From contig OX597823.1 in NCBI GenBank assembly GCA_951406725.2, positions 38,440,001 to 38,504,000 on the forward strand: 64,000 bases of DNA. Direction: 5' to 3'. Below, in pieces: positions 1 through 12,972 of the stretch. Source of the stretch: Octopus vulgaris. Taxonomy: Eukaryota. Position numbers and translations under genes: made by a program. The number at the start of each line of letters is the position of its first letter. The first letter of the stretch is position 1. Under the pieces are notes generated by a model. That model saw only the letters and a program-made list of their open reading frames with translations, had not been told where the DNA came from and did no database searches.

Positions 1-2560
1 GAGCAACTGATAGTTCAGTATAACTTGACCAGCTCATCAAAGTTGATGTTGTGTAATCATGATTATATTGTTTGAGATATTGTGTGTTATGCCATTGAAT
101 CTGGTATGATTTTTCTTGGCTACCTCTGGTGTTATATTTCCAGCTTGCAGATGTATTGCTTATAATTTGTTTCAGAGCTAATTAAGACATTGGGTACAAT
201 TGCCTTAGACACCCTAAGTGTGCTTGTTTGTTTCAGATCAATGATTTTCATATACTCCTCTTCTCAGACAACCAAAGAATGCACAGGCACATTTTATCCA
301 GTGGCATGAGTAAAACTGTTAGCAGAGGTTCATAATTTACAGAATTAACTGACTTAGTGAAAGAAAGCACTTCTCAAATGATCATGCTAATATGAAGGTT
401 GATAGTGGAATGATTCAGCTGAGCAGTATCCTTGTTAGAATTTTTCCAGCAGTTGGAAAAAGTGAAACTCTTCTGTAGTTATAATCTCATTTGTCTTTGT
501 CTTCCTCCTTGAAGATGGTAATAATCGTCATATCTCTGAAATCAAAAGGTATCTCTTCTTGCATTTAGATTAGCAGAAACAGTGCATGTTTTTTTTTTTT
601 AGTGTTTCATACTCAAGTTTATATATTTCACCCAGAACCCTGTCAGACATGGGCTTCCTGTTTTTTTAATCTCTTTTTATTTCTATGGAATATGGATGGT
701 GTTGATTTTTTGCTGTGATGTTATGGGTGCAGAAAAGCTGTTTATCATCAGTCTTTATAGCAGACCAGAGACATTTTCCTGACTGAACAGTCACAATTAA
801 CCAAGTTGAAAATTATTTCCGTCAATTGCTGAGAGATGCTTTTACCTTTATAAGTTTTTTAAGTCTTTAAATGTGTGGATTGTCGGCCCTACTGATATGC
901 AAGTATCATAGAGTGTTTTAATAATACTGAAGAAATCTCCCAGAAACTTTCTGGATTTTGAGATCTCTGACCTGCCACGAGTTGAGCTTCATTGCATAAG
1001 TTTGTTTCTGGACTGAAATCTTAGCTGGTAGGTTTTCCTTTTGCAGTATTCTTATAATTTTGGTAGGTATAAAAATCACTCTCTTTTTCTCCTTGATCAG
1101 TTATTTGATTTGGATATTATTTTCATGAAAACATTTTTTCTATTTTTGCTGTGAAGTCTATGGAGATACTTATCTTCAGGGTGCCTCATGTACTTTCAAC
1201 ATTATTACAATGTTCCAAGCTGATAGACAACAGTTTATCATGTAGGTGCTTCTGAAATTGCACTACTTTTGCTGTGTGAGAAAGATTTAAGTCTTGATTT
1301 TCTGATGGCATAATTTCTGCTACTTATGTCACTCTGGAGTGAGTTAAATTGCCATGTTAGATTGTATTAGGTGGTGATCTGTCCAGAATTGTCAATGCCT
1401 GTCATGACAAATGTTAGATGCACATCCTTGTAATCATAGGTCCATGCAATGACATAGTTAATCATATGCTAAGTACTTTGATCTTGGATACTGTTAGAAA
1501 CACTTGTGTATATTTGTTGAAAAAAGTGTGTAATAACTAAGTTGTACTCCTCACATCTACTTAGAAGCAGTATATTTGATAGCTTTCCTGTGGCTTCCTT
1601 TCCACTTATGTCATTCTAGAGGTTTAAATCTTTGTTGCTGAAGTCATTCACTATGATAATTTAGATTGTATCATGATATTCTGTACAGAATACTCTGTGT
1701 TACTATAAAATTCTTCTTTATCTTCTGTGTTTGCATCAAGTGTGAAGCACATTTCTACTGGTGACTGTTGCATTTGTGTTAGAGCCACCAAGCTTTAGGC
1801 AGAGAATCAGCAGTCTTTCACTGATGCCAATAGGTTGTTCATATAACCTTCCAGTCAGATCATTGTGGATTGCACAGTCTGTTCCACATGAAGTGAACAG
1901 CTATTTGAAGAGAGAACTTAAGAAGGAACAAACAGCTGTCAACCAAGAACTGATGCCATGGCCATTTCAAAGACTTGGTTAATTATAATTAAGCAACCAA
2001 AGAAAGATCTTTGGACAACATTGCATAATGACCAATGACCAATGATGTACTACCTGGCATTGTAGAAATCTCCACCCCAAAATACAATCCATTCCATAAA
2101 AGAATAAGGCACTCAAGTCTGTCTGGATTTTGGCTGAAATATATAAACTTATGCATCATCAGCTAACCTTGTCTTAGTAAGGAGCATAGTGTCAATGTTG
2201 AAGCATGCCAATTCTCTTGAAATAAGTATTACCCATCATTCTGGTTGAAAGCTGTTTGGCTTCTCAATAAAGATTTAAATGTTCTTAGATCCAACTCATA
2301 TTATCTATCATTTCTTTTATCTACATAAAGATGACTCTTCTGGATGTAGAAGTCCTTTTGGACAACTAGGACAGGCTGTGCTTCAGAAATTTTTTGTAAC
2401 CTCTTCCCAGTGCAAGATTAGTGGGGCAGATCACAGGAAGAAGTGTTAAGACAGTTTCAGCTGCCAAATGATAATTCTATCTTTATTTAAATGTCTGATA
2501 AACATCATTTGATTGCTACTTCCCTATTTTTTATGTTTAGGGTCTTCCACATGGTGTAAT
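1..2560 (-). mobile_element. Highly decayed RTE-clade LINE (EN + RT remnants, internally deleted)
   Basis: Minus-strand translation gives the EN N-terminal motif SRELACFNIDTMLLTKTRLADD (~2155-2220) and the RT motif DFRDMTIITIFK..NYRRVSLFPTAGKILTRILL (~420-545). Many stops and frameshifts; boundaries approximate. Confidence 0.7.
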
Positions 2561-3078
2561 CTGTGAGCTAGTGGTTGTCATTAACAAATGACAGCTCACA
2601 GGTACACTATAGCTTCTCACTATGTTTTCTATTATATAATAGCTTCTACAGTTCTGTATACCACTACCATTGTCACCCAACTCACCTCTCTTCTTTTTGC
2701 CATCCCTCACTGTTTCAACTAGAATCCTTTGATCAATTATCTGTTTGACTGGGGCAACCCTGGGTCTAAACAACTACTTTACAATGAGTTCTGTCTGGAA
2801 AGCAAAAAGGAAACTACTTTAAGACTTGCAATAAAATAGTTCTTAAAAGTCTGAACATTGATATTTTTTATAGAAGTGGGAGACAGTAGTTGAAAACCAT
2901 ACTCTTTATTATTTTTGACTGAAGCCAAAGCTACTTAACAAATAGAGTTATATGAAAATGTAACTGCAGCAAGCTGCTTTTAAGGAGGATCACCAATACC
3001 GCCATACTTGACTTGGGAAGAAGTAGTTTCATTGCAATCATTGTCTAGACATGTTTTTGTTATTTACATCAGAATTAT

Positions 3079-3108
3079 TGAGAGAGAGATTGAGAGAGAG
3101 AGAGAGAG

Positions 3109-3167
<59 letters not shown>
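3079..3167. repeat. (AG)n microsatellite
   Basis: Directly visible; explains the ERERER ORF. Confidence 0.95.
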
Positions 3168-3173
<6 letters not shown>

Positions 3174-4439
3174 ATCACACAGTTATTCAATTTCAAATTT
3201 TTATTTATTTATTTTTCTTGTAACGTATAATTTTCAGACCTGAAACATTTCCACAGTTGAGTAAGTAGATAAAAAATGTACAAAAACAAAGCAAGAAATA
3301 ATAGCCCTTTTTTATGATTATAGCTACATGTTGTATCAACAGGGCTGAAAAGAAATGAGGTTAAATTTCATAAACTAAAAATGTACTGTAAATATAAACC
3401 CGCCATCTGATTTTAAAATTTTTTCAAATATTTAGTTGTAATTTATAGATTATTATATATATGTGAGCATGTGTGTGTGTGTATGATTAACATCCACTTT
3501 CCAAGTTAGTATGGCTTTAACTTATATGTGGCAGGATGTTATGGTTGAATACTCTTCCTTTACATGTTTTTCAAGTAAGGGATTTTTTCCTTTATTCCAT
3601 AAGCATTGAGTGGCCAGTCATAATGTCAAGAAGGAATGTAGATATCACAGTTTCACTCAGTCAGTGACTAATAAACCATGGAATATTAACATTCATGTAT
3701 GTGCTTGCACACACACACACAACACAACACATGCCATATGACTTATTTCTTATGATTTCCCATTGACTTGGGGCATTCTTGTAGTTTCCATTAGTTGCTT
3801 TGGGGTAATATTAGATGTCATTTGATCAAAGTGCTACACAGTGCAACAGAGCCTAAAACAATGTTGTCATGAAGTGAATTTGTTAACCCCCCCCTCCCAC
3901 ACACACACACATACTGAGAGAGAGGGGGAGATTGCTAAAAATATCATCTTTATTGTCTTTAGTTTCAGTGACTTTGATTTTATGCTATTTCATTGCATGA
4001 AATCACTAAATAATGTATTTTAATGTAAAATATTTATGTAGAATATTGGTTGCCATTTACGGAAAGTAAGAAAACTGCAAAAGAATGAAACAGTAGATTT
4101 TAGAAACTTCTTACTAATTAAATCATTATTACTATTCTGTGCTGTTTCTATTTTTAAATTTGAACCATTGCAAGTGACTTTATGACCCAATCAACTAGTT
4201 TTTCATTAAATTAAAAAAGGCATGTTATTATATTTTGCATGTAAAGCTGGTACTCCATGTAAAATTGGTGGAAATAAGATATTTTTTATAAGAATATGTG
4301 ACAGGATTTAATGAAAGAGGTATCAAGAGTTGATTATTGATAATAATTGATAGAGAAGATGAAAAAAGACTGAGAAATGTTCAGTTATATGTGGTTTAAA
4401 AGATTTCAGTATTTCTTTAAAACTGAGAACAAATAGTAA

Positions 4440-4750
4440 CCTGTCTAAAATCACGAGGTAGTGAGTTTAATTCTTGGAGCAGGCTGTGTGTTGTGTTCTT
4501 GAGCAAGACACTTTATTTTATGTTGCTCCAGTTCACTCAGCTGTAGAAATGAGTTGTGACATCACTAGTGCCAAGCTGTATTGGCCTTTGCCTTTCCCTT
4601 AGATAACATCAGTAGCATGGAAAGAGGAGACTGGTATGCATGAGCGACTGCTGGTCTTCCATAAACAACCTTACCCAGACGTGTACCTTTGTAGTAGCTT
4701 TTTAGGTGCAGTCCCATGGTCATTCATGACTGAAAGATGTCTACCCTTTA
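4440..4750 (+). mobile_element. Degenerate SINE, probably tRNA-derived
   Basis: B-box-like GAGTTTAATTC followed by a SINE-type central segment gttgtgttcttgagcaagacactttatt..gctccagttcactcagctg. Confidence 0.55.
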
Positions 4751-5254
4751 TCCATGCCACCATAGAGAAATAGGCATAAAAACCATTCGTGTATTGATCT
4801 TATTTAAGAGCAATTGATTTGGGTATTGAAAAATACCAAACTCTTTGTCAGTTGGATCTCCTACTTGTGTGCTACTCTCTTTTCTGGATAAGTTAAGAGA
4901 TATAAACTTACAACTGTTTACCTATTTTTTTGTCATGACATATCAAACTTTTGATATTAATAAATATTTAGTGTCTCTGCAACATCTTTGTTAAATATTT
5001 CCCCAACCCTAATATTGTTGTTATCCTCAAATATCATTTATTTGCACAAGCCAATCAAAATTGTACATTGTAAGTTTACGGAGAAATGTGTAGATTAAAC
5101 ATATATTGTATTGTTTTATAAGTACTCACTGAAATGTGTCATTTTATTCCACATCTTCACCAATTTCTCTGACTCCACCTGAGCTAGCCACATTACTCCT
5201 ATTCTGCCAGACACCTTTTTCTGTCTCTCAGTACAACTCCCCCATTAATTGAGG

Positions 5255-5475
5255 CATCATGTCTTGCAAGTTACTTGGTGACGTCACTGCTATTGGTACA
5301 ACATAAAAAGCACCCAGTACACTTTTTTAAGATGTTGGCATTAGGAAGGGCATTTAGCCATAGAAATCATGCTAAAGCAAACAGCAGCGCTTGGTGCTGT
5401 CTTTTGACTTGCCAGTTCTGTCAAACTGTCCAACCCATGTCAGCATGGAATGCAAACATTAAATGATGATGATAT
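5255..5475 (+). mobile_element. SINE-like repeat with (TGA)n tail (family also at 20.8, 24.9, 38.4, 41.4 and 60.4 kb)
   Basis: Shared motifs aaaagcacc..gttggcattaggaagggcat..gtccaacccatg..agcatggaa..ttaaatgatgatga. Confidence 0.75.
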
Positions 5476-5750
5476 GAAGTTGCTTGTCTTTCATTAATTG
5501 TTCAGTGTTTCCTGCTGTAGTTGAACAATTCAATAAATTCTTGTTTGGTTGAATGTCAACCCAGCAGAATCTTGGAAAATAAATTGTATAGAGTAGTTAG
5601 AATTTAACATTCTGCCCTAAGTAATGTATGAATAGTGATATTTTATACAGTTGAGTAACAAAATATAAACTCCTCAAGTCAGTGTTGTCAAGGTGTTGTT
5701 CTTAGTCAACACCACTGAAGAGCAGTGACATAGATGTTAAGCCTCTAGTT

Positions 5751-6082
5751 CAGTAGATCACAACCATTTTTTATCTATGGACTCCTTTGATTCCTATTTT
5801 ATTCTGGTGTATCTCCATAGCCATTTAATGTTTAAAAACTAGTTTTACAGATACTTCTTTCAAAATTCCTATTTTGCTGTCCACTCATTAACTTGTGTAG
5901 GTTGAACTATGTAAAATGTTTGAGAAAGAAATTTAGCTATTTATTGCAATAAATACATCTAAATCAAAATGTTTTCATGGTCTCTTAATATACTACTGTG
6001 GGTCCCCAATTTTGCCTGTGAGGACCCCCAAAAGTCTTATATGGACCCCTAGGGTCATATGGACTGTGGTTAAGAACCACTG
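5751..6082. mobile_element. hAT (Charlie-like) MITE
   Basis: Ends CAGTAGATCACAACC and GGTTAAGAACCACTG form imperfect TIRs. 8-bp TSD ctctagtt (5743-5750) / ctttagtt (6083-6090) with a Charlie-type central TA. Confidence 0.8.
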
Positions 6083-8717
6083 CTTTAGTTGGCTTTACTG
6101 GTACTAACCAGCTCATCTTTTGTGTACATACTAACTTTAGATTTGGGATTTTAAATGGATGAAAAATAACTGAGTTTGAGGTGGAAGATTAGGTTACTAA
6201 ATCAAATTACATAGAATTCCTCCTTGCTTGTTTGTGATTATGTAGATTATATTGGTGGTGACTTTACAGTTTTTTTGAGGTTTTGTGTTTGTTGTGTGTT
6301 TGATTTTATTATTTTGCATAATGAAATTTTTGTTAGTCATTTTAAAATTGTTTTCCAATATCTTATATTTGATTTATTTCGATGTCTTTAATAGCAGCCC
6401 AAAGATTATGATGTAACCTTTAATAGTAACCACCAGGTCATGATGTATCTTTTAGTGGCAACCATATCAGATCTACACTTATTTAAATAAAAGTAACTTA
6501 TCTTATCTATCAACTTCATTTGCAAATAAGGTGTTTACCTTTATTTCTTAATAAAATTCCATTTTTTTAGAATTTGACAAAATATGGGAAGTTTGCTTAG
6601 AAAATTTTTCTTTAATCCAAATTAGACTAATACCTTTATTTTTATCACTTTAATTGCAATTTTATTTTAGCATTTAATTCATTGAATAATATAAAGAAAA
6701 TTGTTTAGTATTAAACCACATTTTGTGACAATGGAATAAAAATATAGAAAATTGAAAGTAATTACTGATTGTTTTACTTCAGTTAAAAATACTAAAACTC
6801 ATTGACTTCTCACTATTTCTCTCTCTCTTTCTCTCTCTCTCTACATCCTGTAACTAATCAATAAAATTGTAATCAGTAATTTTGAACAGCAAATATGAAA
6901 TTGTAAACATCAAGGAGAAAAACAAAACAAAACAGCCATCTACAAAATTGCTGCTTTTTTCATTTCATAAATGTAATATACACATTGTCTTATAGCTTTC
7001 CAAAAAGTTTTTATCATTATATTAGCAAATAATACAATATTTGTAAAACATTTCAAGATATCCGAGTATCAGTTTCTATTACCATTAATAATTAATACAT
7101 GGATGTTTTAGCTTGAATAAATTTGATAGATCTGTTTGGAAATATTTGATTTTTTTTATCAACATATACTCACAACTGCTCTATTGTTAAAATATGTACT
7201 AATCTAGATAACAGTGACAGGTCAATTAAATTCAAAATATTATTCAGTGAAAATTATGCCATTTATGAAACTTTTCGATGTACCAGTGAATGTTTTATAA
7301 TACTATAGAAATGTAGATAAAAAATATGGCTGCTTATGTTAAAGAAATATTTTGTATATTATTTTGAAAATAACTCTTCTTTTTTGTTTTATTAATTAAA
7401 TTATTTAAATATATTATTTGTCAATTAGCATTAAATTATAAACAAATAAACTGGTCATTTTTATAAAATAAAGCAATATCATATATTAATTTTATAAATG
7501 TTTATCTTAATATTTAAAAATTAATCTTAATCATTTAGTCTCACTGAATATAAATAAGGTTTTAAGAATTTTTTTCTAAAAAAATAATCACAAATAGAAT
7601 AGCAATACTTTTGTGAGATTAGTACAGTTGATGGTTGTTACTAAACTTCTGGAGGTTAATGTCCGAGAGAAACTCATGTCCAGAGAAAGAATTTCAGAGA
7701 TTTGCCAGTCTGGGAAGGAATAATTATAAAATTGTTCAGTAGATGGTTTGAGCAATGAGACAGTATAGAGGTGGGAGTCTTGGGTGAGACTTAATGGAGT
7801 TATTTGTACACTATACTACTTTAGAGGAATTAATAAAAAAAAGAAAAACTAGATTTTAATTGAAGATAATTTCCTATTGTAATGATTATTTATGTGTTTT
7901 TCTTAAATCATAAAAGAACCACTGATAAATTACCAGTTAACTCAATATTGATATGTATGTTTACTTTCTCTTCTCACTATAAATTTAATAGTTGTTTCTT
8001 ATAAGGTGTTTGTATATTTAAAAACTAACTATAAACTTAAAGAGGGCACAGTGTGAAAGAAAAAATGCAGGTCAAATGTCTTGATAAAAAGTCTTTTATA
8101 AAATCTAGAATTTTGCTTCAGTTTCCAGTTAGGACTGCTTAATTTTGGCTTGGTAAGCTCGGAGGAGAGTATCAAAACTGTAACTTCACAAATATTTCAT
8201 ACCTCTTTAAAATGAATTATTTATTTACATTGTTGTTGTTTGTTCCTTCTTGAGCCATGCCTGGCTCATAAGGGTCAGTTTCTCGGTTTCATTGGTGTAT
8301 AGGTTCCCCAACTGGACAGGATACTGATCTATCACAGGTGAGCTGGTAGATGCAGGAGGAAAGATTCTATGGCTGGATGCCCTTCCTAACACCAAGCACT
8401 CTGAGAGTGTAATGGGTGCTCTTACGTGCTGCCAGCATGGGTGCCAGCTGTGTGACACTAGTATCTGCCATGGCTACAATTTCACGTGGCTTGATGGATC
8501 TTCCTTCTCAAGTACAGCATATTGCCAAAGGTCTCAGTCATTTGTCATTGCCTCTGTTTTTAATTTCTTTAGGTCATCAGTCCAAATTAAAAATTAATTT
8601 TTGTAGGATTTAATCAGTGTATTACCATTCATAAATCATTGACAACGACATAAAAATGCCAAATTGCAGAAATGCGATGGGTTGATATACTAAAAATCAC
8701 TATCATTGTGGTCTCTT

Positions 8718-8935
8718 AAGGTGGTGATTTGACAGAGTCATTAGCACACCAGACAAAATGCTTAGTGGAATTTTATCCATCCTTACATTCTGAGTTCAAA
8801 TTCTATTGAGGTCAGCTTTGCCTTTCATCTTTTCAATTTTGATAAAATAAGTACCATTTGAGCACTGGGGTTGATGTAGTCAACTTATCCCCTCCCTCAA
8901 AATTGTTGGCCTTGTGCCAAAATTTGAAACCAGTA
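8718..8935 (+). mobile_element. tRNA-derived SINE (family also at 18.5, 31.5, 56.6 and 56.8 kb)
   Basis: B box GAGTTCAAATTC followed by gaggtc..ctttgcctttcatc..gataaaataagtacca..gcactggggttgatgta. Confidence 0.8.
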
Positions 8936-9082
8936 TTATTGTGGTCTGTACCTAATTCCATAAATTTTAAAGTAAATGTGCAGAATTAATAGAAAAGTCA
9001 TAATTTTAATCACGAAAGCAACTGAAGGTATCAAATTGGTCGATAATATTGTTTTAGGGAAAGTTATTAAGGATGAATATTA

Positions 9083-12000
9083 TGATTGATTGATTGATTG
9101 ATTGATTCTAGTTTCAGCTTATGAGCTGTGGCCATGCTGGGGCACCGCCATTTGGTGTTGCTACTTGGTTTCACTTCATGGAGGCTTTCTAGCAACTGCT
9201 ATTTGGTGCATGAGAGAGTTCGATGCAGCTGCCCTCATCTGCCCCTCCTGCCGTGAAGTTGGTTCATCTGGGACACCTGACAGGAAGAGATCCAGCTCCA
9301 TTTTAAAGACATTTGTATCCACCCCATGCAGGTCTCTCAGGTTCTTCGGGAGGATATTGAAGAGCTGTGGGCCTCGGAAGCCCAGGCTATCACAGAATCT
9401 TGTCCTACATCTTGATGGCAGGTTTGGAGTCCTAGGCACCACGCAGTGGCGCCCAGTTCTGGCATTTGCGTAACTCTCGATGCCAAAGTTCAGGACACTT
9501 CCCTCCAGGATCTTCCAGATGTATATTATGGCATATCTTTCCCGCCTACGCTCCAGGGAATATAATTTTAATCTCTGAGTCTTTCCCAGTAGCTTACATT
9601 CTGCATAGAGGCTATCTTCTTTGTGTAGCTTCGTTGGATCGCCTCAAGTTCTGTGATCAACTTGACACTGGATGGTGACCATAGCTGAGAGCAATAGTCA
9701 AAGTGGCTTAGGACAAGTGTCTTCCAGAGGACCATCATGGTTTCTTGTTCTCTTGTTCTAAAGGTTCTAAGAATCCATCCAGCCAGCCGTCTACATTTCA
9801 TTGTCAGTTTAGCAACATGTACATGAAAGGTCGCGTCATCACTCATGTGAATACCAAGGTCACGCACTGATTGTGCCTCTGGGATTGCAATCCCTCCGGG
9901 TCCAGTGTATTCATTGGGTATTGCATTCAGTTTTGCATGCTGATAGTATAAAGCTTGAAACTTTCCAGCATTGAACTGCATGCTATTCTTTTCAGCCCAC
10001 TTGTATATTTCGTCCAGCTCACATTGCAGGTGTTTAGTGTCCTCAGGGTTCTGTATTGCCTGTGAGACTTTTGTATCATCTGCATAACTTGTGATCGTGG
10101 CTCTCTGCGTGGCTGAGGGCATGTCTGAGAGGGCCATTATGAACAGTAGTGGTCCCAGAACAGTGCCCTGCGGAACACCGCTCACTATTTGTGTGTTAAT
10201 GGAGGTGGCCCCATTGGCTACTACCACCTGACTTCTATCCTTCAGAAAGTCATGAAGCCATTCTCCCAGTTTTCCAACTATGTTGAGATCACGCAGTTTG
10301 TGACATATCATTCCATGATCGACTTTATCAAAGGCCTTTGCAAAGTCGAGATATATCACTTCCACATTTGAGTGGTTGAGCAGCCGTTTCAGCACCCAGT
10401 CATAGTGTTGTAGGAGCTGAGTTAAACAGCTTCTCCCTGGTCGGAAACCATGTTGGGTGTCGGGCAGCAGGTCATTCTCTTCAAGGAAGGTGATCAGCTT
10501 CCTTCTGACTATTCGTTCCATGACCTTGCTGATGTGTGAGGTCAGAGAGATAGGTCTATAGTTCTTGGCTTCCGCTCTGCTACCTCCTTTATGAATGGGG
10601 CATATTTTACCTTCCTTCAGTTTTCCTGGAAGTTTGCCAGCTGCAAGGAAGCTCTGAAAGAGGAACTGCAGTGGTCTTGCTAGGACTCTCTTACATGCTT
10701 TTAGGAGGATTGCCGGGAATCCATCGGGGCCAGAAGCTGAGTCTGTTTTCATTTCATCTATAGCCTTGGTTACATCGTCTTCCTTTATATCGATGTAATC
10801 TATCGTCGCCGCCTCTGATTTTATATCTGCAGTGGTAAAAAAGTCAGTTGGATTGGTGATTTGGAGATGCCCAAGGGGTGGAGTGAAAACACTCTTGAAT
10901 TGCTCATTCAGTATTTCACTTACCCTCATTGGTTTTCCTGTAAGTGTGCCATCCTTTTCAAGGAGTGGCCCTATTCTACAGTGCACTGTAGCTGTTTCTT
11001 TGGCATACCTGTAGAAAGCTCTGGGGTTAGATTTTATGTTTTCTATAGCCCAGGCTTCTTTGTCTGCTCTTTCTTTTTCATGGGAGAGTTGCAGACATTT
11101 TTCGATTTCCAACAGTTTTATTTTTAGGCGGGACTTTTCACTACTTTCAATCTGTTTGTTTAGGCGATTTGAAAATTTCGTACACCGTCTCATTAAAATT
11201 TTCCTCTCTCTGGGGATTTTGTTGTTGTGTACAGTGGCCTTTCTCTCTGGGACACATTTGTAGCATATGGCTTGCATTACAGACATGAATTGTTGAAGTT
11301 TCACATCGATGTCTGGCGAGGAGAGACATTCAGGCCAGTTTTGTTTGAGGATCTCTTTTCAATTTGTTTCCAGTTTGCCTTATGGTAGTTCAAGCTGGAA
11401 AGATTTTGAGGGTTTCTTGTAGGCTGCATGTCCGTGCTCTCTTTTGGCCCGTACATGGTCAGCTCTATCATGTTGTGATCCGAGAGTAGTGTCGGTGTCA
11501 CTTTCACATTATGGATGAGATCCATGTCATTTGTGAAGCAGAGATCCAGTGTGTTACCTGCCCTGGTTGGTTGGAGTATTACCTGCTCCATGTACAGGGT
11601 GTTGATGAGGTTCAGGAGGGACCTCGCCTGTCCTCGTTCACATCTTGTCATTCCTGGGAGAGAAAGGCCCTCGGGCCATCTGACATTGGGCAGATTGAAG
11701 TCTCCCATAAGAAGCACACCTATGTGTTGTTCTAATGTGGTTAGAATTTCTTCTATTTTTATAAGGCAGTCTTCGAACTTGCCCACATGGCTTGGGGCAT
11801 CTGGAGGGCGATATGTAGCACACACAACTACATCAAGTTGCCTAATATGTACAATTAGTGTGTCACACACCGAGTTTGAGTATGACAAGAGGACCTGGGG
11901 TGTGAGGTCCTCACGGATGTACATAGCAACACCTCCATGACTCCTTTCTTTCCTGTCGGTCCGTAGTACAGCATACTGTGGTATGTGTAACTCCGCATCT

Positions 12001-12191
12001 GCTATGTCCGGTTTCAGGTGCGTTTCTGTAAGTGCTATGCATAAGGCTTGATTGCATGCAACAAAGTCTCTCAGGAACGGGATCTTTGTCCTGTTACTGA
12101 GTGTTTGCAGTCCTCTGATGTTCAGTAGGAGTATCGAGGTGAGGTGTACGTTGTTGCCGGCGGTGTCCATGAGTTGCATAAGAATCAGCAA
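9083..12191 (-). mobile_element. CR1/L2-group LINE, 5'-truncated near the ORF2 start; ORF2 (APE endonuclease + RT) split by two 1-nt frameshifts; (AATC)n 3' tail
   Basis: ORF 11301-12191 has LLLNIRGL, ALTETHL, GDFN, LDL and SDH (APE). ORF 9568-11304 has NYRPISLTS, QHGFRPGRSC, YLDFAKAFDKV, GVPQGTVLGPLLF and YADD. ORF 9176-9442 continues the C-terminus. (GATT)n at 9083-9107 is the tail. Confidence 0.95.
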
Positions 12192-12972
12192 CCTTAAATG
12201 TTAAACTGACACAAGAAAATGCTCATGAGACTCAGTAACCAGACTACTAGTAGTGAATCCTGAGACTCAGTAACTATGTTAAACTGACTGACTACTAACA
12301 AATGAGTCCATAACTTGTTATATCTGTATGTTATTGAGTAACATCAGGCTCAAATTACTTCAACAATCATAAGGGAAAGTCATAACTCTACCTAGCCATG
12401 TCAGCATTAAAAAACAAATCAGTGTGTCTGTTTATGCACACAAATAATATTTGATATAATTTTATAGATTGAATTATAAGACAAGTCCTGCCTTAGGGTT
12501 AACTTATCATATGAACTATGTTTAAATGTCGAGAAGATTATAGAATATTGATATTTCATTATTTAATCCAACTTTTATCTATTAAGCCATCCTTAATTCT
12601 CTTTCTTAATCAGTTTTCATTGATTATTATTTTTGTTGTTGTTATTATTTGGATTGTTAGAATTATTAGAACATTTGACAAAATATCTTGCAATATTGCT
12701 TCCTGAGTTTACATCTCATTGAGACCAACTTCCATGATTGATAAAATTTTGTACCAGTCAAATACTAATCCATTAACTCAGCCAACTCCATTTCCACAAA
12801 ATTTCAGGCCTTGAATCTATGTTTGAAAAAATTGTTATTGTTGTTGGTAAGGTAGTAAGCTAGCAGAATTGTTAATGTGCTTCACAAAATGTTTAGTGGG
12901 ATTTCTTCCAGTTCTAGCAGAAGTACCAACCTTCAAGCAGTTTCTTGCTACTCATTATGTATTAAGGAGGTA

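Noticed and set aside
3008-3223. ORF with ERERER tract
   Set aside because: Translation of an (AG)n microsatellite.
9102-11940. Several + strand ORFs of 60-141 aa
   Set aside because: Antisense shadows of the LINE ORF2; no independent motifs.
12198-12295. Short direct repeats (atgttaaactgac, tgagactcagtaac) at the LINE 5' junction
   Set aside because: Too short to assign. They do not match the 3' flank, so they are not a TSD; possibly a repair scar.
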